Shown one piece after another: positions 1-12,900 of a DNA stretch of 64,000 nt. How positions within the stretch are numbered: the stretch's first letter is position 1; the number at the start of each line of letters is the position of its first letter. The position numbers were made by a program, and so were the translations under genes. This stretch comes from Eledone cirrhosa. Its lineage: Eukaryota. Under the pieces are notes generated by a model. It was not told the origin of the DNA, did no database searches, and saw only the letters and a list, made by a program, of their open reading frames with translations. Where the stretch lies: assembly GCA_964016885.1 (NCBI GenBank), contig OZ024743.1, positions 68,076,001 through 68,140,000 on the forward strand, given 5' to 3'.

Positions 1-29
1 ATTTGAACATAACTTTGATAAATTGTGTA

Positions 30-185
<156 letters not shown>

Positions 186-186
186 G

Positions 187-377
187 AAGGAGGTGTGGTA
201 ATGTTCCAGATGGATTATAACGCACCAGAGTACTCAATACTTAGGGTAGTAGAGAGGGTAATAGAAAAATGTTTAACACCGACGGCAGATCTCAAGCCGT
301 TTCGACGGCTATTTCAGGTTCAGAAATAGCCGTCGAAACGGCTTGAGCCCTGCCGTCGGGGTTAAACATTTTCCTAT
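187..377 (-). mobile_element. Short non-autonomous PLE/retrozyme-like element (family A) with 5' fold-back; carries the 3' half of a hammerhead
   Basis: Same ~190 nt sequence recurs at 14727-14924, 17588-17727, 42544-42598, 50072-50244 and 50468-50654, nearly always against (TA)n. Contains GAAAC-GGC-loop-GCC-GTC (stem III + GUC site). Inverted arms ~259-377. Confidence 0.65.
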
Positions 378-689
378 ATATATATATATATATATATGGT
401 GGCTGCCAACTCGTTTTCGAGTACGGCCACTACTTTATATCCATGTATGAGAAACTGTACCCATGCGCTGAACGAGTGTGACTTTTTAGTGCAGCCAGCG
501 ACTTGAAAATACTGGTACAAACACTACACTTGTGACAATTATTGACACATAGTGCTAGGCCTATGGTACCATGTCACGACAAGTGCAGAGAGATCTGCAG
601 ATATAAAGCAATACCTGTGCTGTGAAGCTTTTATAGTCACCAAAGGCACTGCACAAAGCCAGTCCATCTCTCTTAACCAAGATGATATT

Positions 690-973
690 TTCCAAAAAGA
701 AGAACAAGTCAACATCATTGGATACCATCAGAGATGCAGGTGTTATATCAGAGTTTTCCTTCTCCTAGAATTCTGCCTTGACAAAGGCTAAGGGGTCATC
801 TCTCCCGGTGATTTTGGCTGGCCATTGACTCTTAAGAGCTCCTTTGCCCTTTGACAGGTTTTGTTTTTAGTCCTGCAGGATGTCCAAAGTCACCCTCCTC
901 ACCAAGAAACCTTGGTGGGATTGCCTGTTTAATCACCAACAACCCGACCATGAGACAGGTTCTACTGGGATAC
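690..973 (-). mobile_element. Probable 5' UTR fragment of an RTE-like LINE
   Basis: Minus strand has ctaggagaaggaaaactctga, which I recall from RTE-type 5' UTRs; abuts (TA)n; no ORF. Confidence 0.3.
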
Positions 974-991
974 ATATATATATATATATAT

Positions 992-1051
<60 letters not shown>

Positions 1052-1094
1052 CGTGTGTGTATGTGCATATATATATATATATATATATGTATGC

Positions 1095-1130
<36 letters not shown>

Positions 1131-1138
1131 GTGTATGC

Positions 1139-1208
<70 letters not shown>

Positions 1209-1219
1209 ATACATACGTG

Positions 1220-1288
<69 letters not shown>

Positions 1289-1404
1289 ATATGTATCTAT
1301 CTATGTATCTATGGATATATAGATATATATGTATATTTGCGTGTGCGTATGTATATGTCTATGGATGTGTATTGTATGCGTAGGCACATGCCTGGACCGT
1401 AACT

Positions 1405-1820
1405 ATTATTTACTTTACTATTTTATTAAACTCTGGATCTGGAAATCACTCGGTTATTCTAAACAGAATATTAGTCTCCATTTATACCATAAATTTGTTT
1501 GCAAGAATTTGTCCTCCCCGCTTCACATAACGACGTAATTATATTCGATTTCTTTCCGTTCATTGCCAGTGAACGTCTTCACGAACCAAAGTATCGTCTA
1601 TCTGTTTTCCTTCGGTTGTAACGTTTTTCTAATTATTTACTTCTGCGCACACAGATTGATTTTTTAAAGTTTCAGACGTGAAAATGGTGAAAGCTGCGAT
1701 TATGTGCTTTAACTTTAATCTGTTCTTATAAAAAATATTTATTTATATATAGATATATATAGATGTAATCCTTATCGAGCCCTCTTCGGATTTTAGTCTT
1801 CACATTTATTATTATTATTA
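1405..1820 (+). mobile_element. Short repeat family B with variant (CAGA-core) hammerhead-like motif, degenerate copy
   Basis: Homologous to 13670-14010 (-), 35870-36118 and 45130-45479. Stem I cagatt..aaagttt / aacttt-aatctg flanks CAGA...GAAAGC...GCTT. Confidence 0.55.
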
Positions 1821-1835
1821 TATATATATATATAT

Positions 1836-2027
1836 GGGTGGTGGATTGGCAGTATCGATAGAGGGTCGGACGCCATGTTTTGACGCATAGAGTTACGGCC
1901 CTTGCCATTCTGAGTTCAAATCTCGCCGAGGTTAACTTTGCCTTTCATCCTTACGGGGTCGATAAAATAAAGTTTCAGTCATGCACTGGGATAATTGCTG
2001 GCCTTGTACCAAAAGTAGTAACAATTA
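1836..2027 (+). mobile_element. tRNA-derived SINE (Octopus-type), full-length copy
   Basis: A-box-like TGGCAGTATCG, B-box GAGTTCAAATC, body tttgcctttcatccttacggggtcgataaaataaag, tail ttgctggccttgt-ccaaaagtag-aacaatta. More than 12 copies in the window. Confidence 0.85.
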
Positions 2028-3010
2028 TTATATCTATATATTAATTTCAACAATGTCAGTATTCCGTGTGTCATAATTCTCGATTATTATTGGTTCATAG
2101 ATTTCAAACGACTCCGCCCACCTCAACGACGCCAAACTTAAATTAATATGCATAATGCCAATGAGGGAGTGAGAGGGTAGAGTAAGAAACAGACAGGCAA
2201 AATGAACGCTGTAACTATTATCATGTGTGCGTGTGTATGTACGTGCGCGTATGTTTATGTGTGTGTGCGTGCAGCGTTCCACAGAAAGTAAAAGCAATTC
2301 GATTTTATCAAACAATTAACTACAGCGGCGGCGGGGTGCTTCGATGGTTGAAGACGAACTGGCTGAGCATCCTCTTTTATATTAATTATCTATATCTATA
2401 TCTACATATAATATAAAAGATTGGAACTTCCATCATCCTTTTGAGAAGCGTGGAACAACCACGTCTATGCAATGATACACGTTTTACACTCAGGCAGAAG
2501 ATGAACCATCTCCTAGAGGTCACTACTGTAGGAGGGAGCACCTAACATTGTTCATATACTATGCACAAATGGAACAGCGAAGAATCTGGTATATCTGGAA
2601 GATTTCTTTTACTGTTTTTTGCATCACACAGACACCAGGGACTCGCCTCATACTGAAACCAGATAAAGATCCAATACAGTCATTTTCTCTTTTACCTGTC
2701 TTCTCTTATCCCCTGTTTACTCAGGCGCAGCTGGGTACGTTAGCTAGTATGTGTGTGTGTGTAAGTATGCACACGTACACACACATATATGTATATATAC
2801 ATACCCAAATACACATATACATATGGATTATATCGAACATTAATAATAATGTTCGATTCGTTTGTAAACAAAAGGCCAGGTTTGAAACTGTGCCGACGGC
2901 GATCGTGACATGTTTGTCAACATTGGCTTTGAACAACGTTTATGGTATCGAGCCCACTTTGGATTTTAGTCTTCAAATTTGTTATTATTACTATATATAT
3001 ATTTAATATA

Positions 3011-3173
3011 GTAGTGGCTTCTACGGGACTAGAACTGTTTCCTTTGAATGAAACTATCCTAGTTCTGTAGAAGCCATTGCTTTATCAAATATTTATGCAC
3101 TACTATGTATTGGGTACCTTACATACTGTGGTTACCCCCGATTGAACCCGGGATACAAATACACGCCCCCACC
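3011..3173 (+). mobile_element. PLE-type 3' terminus with 5' fold-back
   Basis: Inverted arms gtagtggcttctacgggactag / ctagttctgtagaagccattgc, each containing GAAAC..(G)T(C/T) next to the loop; tail ends in (TA)n. Confidence 0.45.
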
Positions 3174-3328
3174 ATATATATATATGTTCGTGTGTGTGTG
3201 TGTAAGTGTGCATACTTACATTTATTTATCAGCTGTGCCAGGTTGAGAAATAACATTCTATATTCATATATATATTTATATGCGTATAAATATATATATA
3301 CATACGTGTACATATATATATATATATT

Positions 3329-3418
<90 letters not shown>

Positions 3419-3719
3419 TATATACACATATATATACATATATATATATTTATAAGTCGTTTGGAAGCCTCGACAATGCAAATGGGTAAATCTCCGGGTA
3501 ACAGGGTCCGGTGTAGGAGTGAGAGGTGAGAGAGATATGTAAGTGGGTGTACGTTGAGATGCGTGGTGTGTATAAGGTGTGTGAGATGTGTAGAATGAAG
3601 GGAAGAGTGAAAGGGCAAAAATAATAATAACAACACAAGAGATAGAGAGTTACCTTGGGAGAGATTTAATAGTCTTTATATATTTCGGATTCACATCCAT
3701 CAACTGGGGTGTTTTTTTT

Positions 3720-4008
3720 CCGGGGTGGGGGAAAAGGTTGTCTGTCGGACAATTCGGAACGCGTCTTTCGCTGTTTAAGATTTGAATATCTGAGGTATTC
3801 GGTCGGGCGCGCGTGCGCGCGAAATGGGGCTGGGTCACAGAAGTCAATGGCCGAATGACTCCCACTCCCTCATTCGGCCATTGACTTCTGTGACCCAGCC
3901 CCATTTCGCGCGCACGCGCGCCCGACCGAATACCTCAGATATTCAAATCTTAAACAGCGAAAGACGCGTTCCGAATTGTCCGACAGACAACCTTTTCCCC
4001 CACCCCGG
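3720..4008. repeat. Apparently perfect ~140 bp-arm inverted repeat inside the PLE
   Basis: 3720-3858 is the reverse complement of 3870-4008; 11 nt spacer ctcccactccc. Confidence 0.95.
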
Positions 4009-4450
4009 GTCGCTAAAACTGTGACAATGGGCCTTCCGTCTTTGTTTCCGCATTTGTCTATGTGTTTCCGGAAAGACGAGGCCCTGGTTTTAATGTGTTC
4101 CTTGATCCTGATGTGCAAAGGTCGAATTGTGCTACCTATGTAGTATTGGTTGCACCTGTCACATTCTATCTTATACACGACGTATGTGCGTAGGCAACAG
4201 TTAGCATGGCGTATCGGGCAGTCTCTGAGGGAGCATGCGTCAGTAGACTTTTCGGTTTTCCTGGAGAGGCATCTTCGCAGGGAGGGGCCCGAGTGGGCCA
4301 GGTGGATGTCGAGGCCCTCCCTCCGTATAGCCTTGCGGATAGCGTTGGTGGTTTTCTCGCCCAGGTGTGGTATTTTATGGAAGCACTTGGCTTGGGTGCT
4401 TCTCTGTCTCTTGCGTCTGGTGTCTCCTATTCTGTCTGTGATCGAGGTAG
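4008..4450 (-). pseudogene. PLE GIY-YIG endonuclease segment, C-terminus replaced by an inverted 3' sequence
   Basis: VVY..YYIG..R..EH motif within ORF 3870..4757; homology stops at the palindrome boundary near 4008. Confidence 0.85.
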
Positions 4451-6039
4451 GGTACCCCGTTCGTCTCCAGCACCTCGAGGAATCGCTTGGTATGAGTGAC
4501 ACTACTCGCGGGATCGCTGCATCTGTCTTTGATTCGCGCGATCTCGTTCGTGATGTATCCTCTTTTGGCACTGTTAGGGAGGGCGGACTTGTAGTGAACG
4601 AATAGGTCCCTGCAGGCTGCCTTTCTGTAGAAGTTGCAGTGGATCCCTCCTTGTTCCGTGATGTTGATTCGGAAGTCGAGGAGGGCAAGTGACCCGTCTT
4701 CGTTGGGGTGTTCAACACTGAAGTCAATGTTCTCATCCGTGTTGTTGAACGTCTCATAGATTCTGTTCGCCGTGTCTTGGGAAGAAGTGAGGATGAGGAT
4801 ATCGTCCACGTATCTTGAGAAAAAGGCTACGGCGTTGGGTTGGCAGGCGTTGAGAGCCTTTCGTTCGAGGTTGTCCATGTAGGAGATCACTAGTACACCT
4901 GATAGACTTGATCCCATGGGCAATCCCGAGGTTTGTTGGTAAATTTGGTCAAGGAATCCGAAGTAGGTGTTGTCGACGACGATGGATAGGAGTTGGTGGA
5001 TGTCAGTGGTGGTGAGCCCGAAGCAGTGTAGGTCGGTGGATTGGACGCGTTCCATCAGTATATTGACGGCCGGGAGTGCCGGGACCGAGGTGTAGAGAGC
5101 GACTACATCAAGGCTGAAGGCATATCTGTTATTCCTTCTGGTGTCGGGATCCATTTGATGCAGGCGCTTCAACACCTCCTCGGAGCTGTTAACGTGTCCC
5201 GGCAAGGTGTCTAAGATGGGTTTGAGTATTCTGGCTAGGAGCCATGAAATTTTGTAGAGTGGTCCCTCCACGCTCGATACGATGGGCCTGATTTTCAGGT
5301 CGGGTCCCTGTTTGTGTGTCTTCACGAGGTGATAGAAGGCGGGTAGTCTGCTGTTCCTCGTGAGGAGGTTGTATCTCAGCTTCTTAGGGAGCTTCCGCCG
5401 GTCGCAGATGTTGGTCCAGGCGGAGTTGATGTGTTCTTCTATCTGCGCGGGAGTGATTCCCGTGACCCTGGAGTAGAGGTTGTCATCGTCAAGGTGTTGG
5501 AGGGCCAGGGTGTTGTAGGCCTCTCTGCTGATGACGCAGAATTCTTTTCCCTTGTCGGAGGGGAGATAGATGAGGTTCTTCGATTTTAGGTTGGAGAGAG
5601 TGGTGAGTTGAGATTTGGTGAGGTTCTGTGCTGTGCGTGTGTGTGTGTGTTTGTGAAGTATATCCGAGATGGAGTGTTTAAGCCTTATGAGTTTGGTGTC
5701 GAGTTTGTGGTTGGTGGGTGGGGGGTGGAGTGGTTTGTCGGGTTGGTAGGTGGGGAACTTGGGGTGGGTTGTGTCGGCGCTGTTATTATCTGTGGCGCTG
5801 TTGATAGCGGTCACCCATTTAAGTTGGTAAGCGGCTCGACAAAAGTTGGCCTCGATGTTGAGTTTGAGTTTGTCGTCGAGACGTTGTGTGACGATGAACT
5901 TAGGTCCGAGGTGTAGGAGTTTCAGCTCGTCGCTCGTGAGAGTGCCGGTTAGGTCGGTAACCAGGTGCGTCGCATCGTTGAGGTATGGCTCGGTGTTGGT
6001 GGCAGCTGCGGTGGCGGTTGTTAAGTTGTTGTTTTCCAC
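4375..6039 (-). pseudogene. PLE reverse transcriptase reading frame (middle segment of a frameshifted ORF running ~6513 to ~4008)
   Basis: 554-aa ORF with PLE RT motifs (PSDKG, IRPIVS, YVDD, LLDF); upstream and downstream parts lie in other frames. Confidence 0.9.
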
Positions 6040-6734
6040 GTGGTTCTGTCCGTCTGTTCGTTAGTGTCGATGTTCTCGTTGTGGCGTTTCAACAAGATCC
6101 ACTCATATGTTCGCTTGAGTCGTTTTTTCTCGTATTTGACTCTGGAGTGGTAGCACCGGTCGATTGCTTTAGTGATATTTAGGAGCAAGTCTCCGGGTGC
6201 TATTGGCAGTCGATGTGTCCGCTCTGAGAGTGTCCGCTTATGGAGGTGTAATTGGCGGTTGAGGTGTCTCAGGATTTGTTTAATACACGTGCGATGTATG
6301 CGGTTAGTGGTGTTTTGGAAGGCTGGTGTACGTAGGCTTACTGATAAGCGGATGTTCTTGATGGTGTTGGGGATGACATCGTTTTTTAGGCAGCGTTTCA
6401 GGAAAATAATTTGGCAGCCAGCGTTGGCCCACTTCTCCGACAGGGGAAACGTATTCTCTATTCTGTCCGCCGCGGCTGTGGGGAGGCCACCAGTATGATT
6501 GACTGACTTGTCATTTTATCAGTCAGATGTTTTTAGACGGCCATAGAAATATATATATATATGAAGATTCTTGCACTAAATCTACTTTACTGCACAGCCT
6601 TCACAATATATTAAATAATAACAATAGTTATGAGACTTTGAATCACCATATGAACCTTAATGACTCTACTATCTATAGTTCATTACTACACACACACACA
6701 CACATCTCTATATATATATGAATATATACATACA

Positions 6735-6825
<91 letters not shown>

Positions 6826-7412
6826 AGTAAGTATGTTTTGAAACAGTGAGCAGGTTTGAAATTAGAAAATATATAGCTTTCACCGTATTTTGACTAAAGG
6901 AATTTTAGATTGATAATGGAGTTTAGAACCCTCAGATAAATGGAAAAAGATGAGTATTGACGTACATATATATATATATATATATGATGACATGGACATG
7001 AGATGTGCGAAATTTAATGTACTTGTTCACGTGACAGTCATAATTTCATTTATAACCAATGAAATTACATTTATTTAAAAAAAACCTTCGTGAGCCACAT
7101 TTTTTTAAGTTAAAAGAAATTCAAACACAAACTGGCGCGAAAGCTGAGCTGATGTGCTTATCACGTGACTGCATCAACCAACCAAACTTCACTCATATAT
7201 GAAAAAACAACCTGAGCCCCTCACCCCCATCCCTATTTGTTTGAAGAACTTTGTAACGCGAACTGGCGCGAAATTTATTATACTTATTCACCAACCAACC
7301 AAATTACTTCTCGAAAAACCTGGCATTTCGAACACTTTTTCCATATAAAACAAGTAACATTCAAAGACCAACCAGATTTGAGAAAAACCACAGACCCTCC
7401 ATCTCAACTCTA

Positions 7413-7448
7413 CTTTTGAAAAGCAGGAGAACTGCGAAACCAGTAAAG
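7413..7448 (+). ncRNA. Minimal type I hammerhead ribozyme, U3-A8 variant (family C)
   Basis: ctt TTGAAAA GCAG-gagaa-CTGC GAAAC ca GTA aag, followed by AATAAA; homologues at 14270-14305 and 14378-14413. Confidence 0.7.
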
Positions 7449-7511
7449 GAACCAAATAAATATATAATTAAAAAAAAAGACTCCAGTTGCATTTTCGATT
7501 TCATCTTCTTT

Positions 7512-7655
<144 letters not shown>

Positions 7656-7883
7656 ATGCGTGTGTGTGTGGGTGTAAATGGTAAACAGAAATAACAACAC
7701 AATCGTTATACATACATACATATATATAAAAAATATATAATATATAATATATATATATATATATATGAATGTATATATAGTGTATTTTGCAATACATTGT
7801 ATGCTTAATTAAAAGCATTTTGAAGACCTTACGCTATTGTTTTAAAGTAGTGACTATGTCACTTACTTAAATTTTCAGAAAAC

Positions 7884-7950
7884 AAAGGGAGATAAGCTGA
7901 CAGATCTCAGTTTCGTACTGTGGTACGCCTCAGAGCTTAGCACTCCCTTT
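7884..7950 (-). ncRNA. Type I hammerhead ribozyme with extended stem I (A9 to C change)
   Basis: aaagggag-tgc-taagct CTGAGGC GTAC-caca-GTAC GAAAC tgagatct GTC agctta-t-ctcccttt. Confidence 0.75.
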
Positions 7951-8170
7951 GCCTGCTGACAATTATGAATGTTGGAATCTTATAGAATTCCAGTAATGAT
8001 CAGGAACATATTATACAGAGCTGTTGCTGGTCCAGCAAAAATTGAAAATTAGAACTGGTGCTCTGAAATAGCGATATATTGTAGTGATGTATTGCAAAAT
8101 ACACTATATACATTCCTATATATATCACTATTTCAGAGCACCAAATCTAATTTTCAATTTTTGCTAAATT

Positions 8171-8560
8171 AATGTGATTTCGAGATGTGAGGTTTTAACA
8201 AGGGATAATTGTTTTAATTATATAGGTGCTACTGCCTATGAATTCAAAACTAGATTCTATGCTCATAATCATATGTTTTAAAAACAAAAAGTTGAAAAAT
8301 ACAACTTTTTGGCAAAATTAATTTGGTCCCTCAAGGAAGATAAGATCAATTATATCATTAAATTTGCTCTAATTAATACTGCAAGGCTATATGGGTGATA
8401 TAGATCCAAGTGTAATATTTGTCTATTGACCTTTGTCTATTAACGTTTGAAATATTAACCTCCAATTTAAACTTACTAAATACTAAATACGATATTATTC
8501 CTTTTTGCCAACAAAAAATACTTAAATTTCTTCATAATAAAATCAAGGAACCTGACTAGA
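8171..8560 (+). pseudogene. Degraded PLE GIY-YIG endonuclease (not in the ORF track)
   Basis: Manual translation: NVISRCEV..NYIGATAYEFKTRFYAHNHMF*..LAKLIWSLKE..Y..CNICL, with in-frame stops. Confidence 0.8.
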
Positions 8561-8594
8561 AATGTATTCTCTTTGGATCCCCCTCCCCCTTTTT

Positions 8595-8628
<34 letters not shown>

Positions 8629-8633
<5 letters not shown>

Positions 8634-10247
8634 AAAATGGAACGGGAACAAAACAGAGAGGCAGTACGATCAAAGGTTTATTAGTTTCACACTCATGAGA
8701 GTGGGGTGTTGGTGGGGAATGACGTTTCGGGCATAAGCCCTTCTTCAGGCGAAAAGTGTGAGGGAAGAGAGTTCCAAGGGTGTGTAGCGGAGTGGGGGAG
8801 AGATATTTAGAAAAAAGGGGGTGAGACGAAACGGTACAAATGAAAATAAATATATAAACATAATAAAAATAAAAATAAATATGAAGATAAACAAGTGCTG
8901 GAAAGGTGTGGGGCGTATCGGGGTGGTGGCGGGTTGAGTGGGGAGAGGGAGGCGAGGTGTCCGAGCGGGGAGGGCTGAAGGTGGTGTGTGTGTGAAAGGT
9001 GTACGTATGTGTGTGTGTGTGTATGCGAATGAGATAGTTGGAGGAAGAACGGGGTTCCATGTTCAGGAAAAGGTGTGTGTGGGGTGGGGTGTAGGTTGGT
9101 GTGTGTGTGTGGACGGGGAGGGGTCAGAGGGGAGGGGAGGGGGGGGGGGGGATTCCGGAGTCTGAGTTTGTAATTATGTGGTGGTACACACGTGTGTGGT
9201 TTTTATACGTATTGAGGATGTAGGTGGCGTGTGGGAAAAACATTTTTTGGGGAGTGTATGTTCGTGTGTAAGTTCCTAAGGTAGTTCCGTAGAGGGTTTG
9301 GTGGATTGCCGGATATTGTCCTTGTGATCGAGTTGATTCGTGGGAGCGATTTCCAATGTGTGTAATCCGTGATTGGGTTGGTCGGAAGAGGGGAGATGTG
9401 GGGTGCGCGCGCAACAGGAATTGGTCAGAGGGTCAAGGCAGGTGATGGTTGTGTGTCTGTGTGTGCGGAGAGGTGGTCAGAGGGTCAGTGCATATCAGCA
9501 GTAGGGGAGAATGGCAGGTGGAGAAAGTCGGTGTGTCAGTGTGTGCGGAGGTGCGGTGGACAGGGGGAGGATGCGTAGGTGTGAACGGTGGTGTGGGGAG
9601 GGGGTGTATTAGTAGAGGTGTTAGTGGGATGTGTGTGAAGGGGTGTGGGTGGAGCGGGGAGATGGAGAGGGAGAGAAAGGTTTGGGGCCGGTGGAGTGAG
9701 TGTAGTGTACCGGTGTGTGTTTAGATGATTGTGTGTGTGGTGAAGGGGGTGTCAGTGGTTGTTAGTATACTGGTGGTGGGGAAAGGGTTGAATGCGGGTG
9801 TGTTAGTGGGGGGTCAGTAGTGGTAGGGTGTGTAGAGTGGGTGGTGTAAGTGGGTGTGGGTGGGTGCGTGTGTTCGTGTGCCTGGGGTCGGGGGTCCGTG
9901 TTAGTGGTATTAGTTGTGGGGTGGTGGGAGTGGATGTGTGGGTGAGGGTTAGTGGTGGTAGTAGGGTGTGTGTTAGTGTGAGTGCGTGTATATATGTAAC
10001 GGTGGGTGTGTGCGTGATAGGGCTGGGGGGGAGAAATGATGTTTGTATTGTTCGTTGGGGAAGGGTGGTCGGGAGTGGGGTGGGGGTGTTAGTATTGTTA
10101 GTTGTGGGGTGGGCGGTGAAAAGGAGGAGTGCGTTAGTGGTGTTAGTGGGGGATATGTGTGTGGGGGGATGAACAGGGCGGTCGAAGGCTAAAGGAATAG
10201 GGGTGGGGAGTTCAGGCCGGGGGGGAGTGTGGGACTGTAGGGTGAAA
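8629..10247 (-). mobile_element. Non-coding, strongly strand-skewed PLE-like element with minimal hammerhead near its 3' end
   Basis: Minus strand CTGAAGA-A-GGGC-ttat-GCCC-GAAACGTC at 8721-8748, then AATAAA; (TA)n on both sides; stem I pairing is poor. Confidence 0.55.
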
Positions 10248-10265
10248 TATATATATATATATATA

Positions 10266-11494
<1,229 letters not shown>

Positions 11495-11982
11495 ATATAT
11501 ATATATATACACATATATATATATATGTGTGTGTGGGTGTGTGTGTATATTTGTATGTGTGTGAGTTTCTATGTTAATATTTGTGTATGCATTTTTCTTC
11601 TGTGTGAGTGTTATTTTTGTATGTATGGGCTTATTTTTTCTATTCTATATACTTTTATTTTATTTTTTATTATTTTTTTATATTTTTATTTGTATGTGTT
11701 TATATATATTTCTATATATATAGTTTTTTATATTTATATGTATTTTCATTTTTTGATGACTGCATGGGTAGTAGTGTGTATCTATATTTGTAGTTTTATA
11801 TGTGGGTGTGTGTATGTATGTATGTGTGTATATGTGCGTTGTATTTTCCGTAGTTCAACAACATCGCTTTTTTTTTATACATAATGGCGTCTTTTCCAGT
11901 TTTTCTCAAAAATATAAACATTCGCTGTAACCGATGGCTGGTGATTGCTTTGCTGAGATTATAATGAGGATTTATTATTGAA

Positions 11983-12347
11983 CTAGCTGAGATACCCGGC
12001 TTTGACCGGGAGAACAGAGAAAACGACTGTATTGGATGTGTTGTCTGGTATGAGGTGAGACCGTAATGTGTGTGTGTATATTTGTGAGAGAGACATAAAA
12101 AAAACAAGCATAACACTTGCTTATAGGCTGGGGTTGTAAATTGCCGATTAAATGGTAGCATTGTCCTTCGATTTTAGATGTTGTGAAATAACCATAATCA
12201 GCATCGTCCATTTCAACTCCGAAGGATGTCATATTAAACACAGCAATATACAGCAAACAGTGTGTGTGTGTAGATTTCGTGTGATTTAACCAACCAGCCA
12301 ACCACCCAACCAACAAATAAACATCTTTCTTCTATATTATGTATAGA
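11983..12347 (-). mobile_element. Non-autonomous Helitron
   Basis: Minus strand A|TCTATAC... start; 3' hairpin cccggtcaaagccggg, then CTAG|T. Confidence 0.7.
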
Positions 12348-12578
12348 TAACTGATTTTGAAAAATTCCAGAAAGGTGATGAGAATTTCGTAAATCAGCAT
12401 TTAATGTATTAATTGTATTTGTGGTCTATTTTAAAGGAATAATTTGCTTCTGGCGTAATTGTTATTTTTAACACGATATCATTTTGTATTCATGTCTTTT
12501 TTGGAAAATTATTTTCAGTTCTGTTTAACTTCACCTATTTTTATAACTTTTCATGTTATTTTTGTAAAAAGAATATAT

Positions 12579-12751
<173 letters not shown>

Positions 12752-12753
12752 TA

Positions 12754-12900
<147 letters not shown>

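Larger units (their letters stand above)
3454..6549 (-). mobile_element. Penelope-like retroelement (RT + Cys-rich linker + GIY-YIG), near full length, frameshifted
   Basis: N-terminal FLKRC..DVIP motif; RT motifs SLDVVALYTSV, GLPMGSSLS, RYVDDILI; linker CSLRDCPIRHANCC; endonuclease VVYKIECDRC..YYIGSTIRPLHIRIKEH; (TA)n on both sides. Confidence 0.93.

Noticed and set aside
1836-1930. tRNA gene
   Set aside because: A/B boxes belong to a SINE head; no complete cloverleaf.
3675-3708. Hammerhead in the 3' UTR of the 3.4-6.5 kb PLE (minus: CAGTTGA-t-GGAT-gtga-ATCC-GAAA-tata-TA)
   Set aside because: Position and stem II fit, but there are two core mismatches and no stem I; treated only as a probable relic.
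4008-6513. Selenocysteine-type (in-frame TGA) recoding as reported for some PLE clades
   Set aside because: Disruptions seen are frameshifts; no in-frame TGA at conserved Cys positions was noticed, and the endonuclease is C-terminal.
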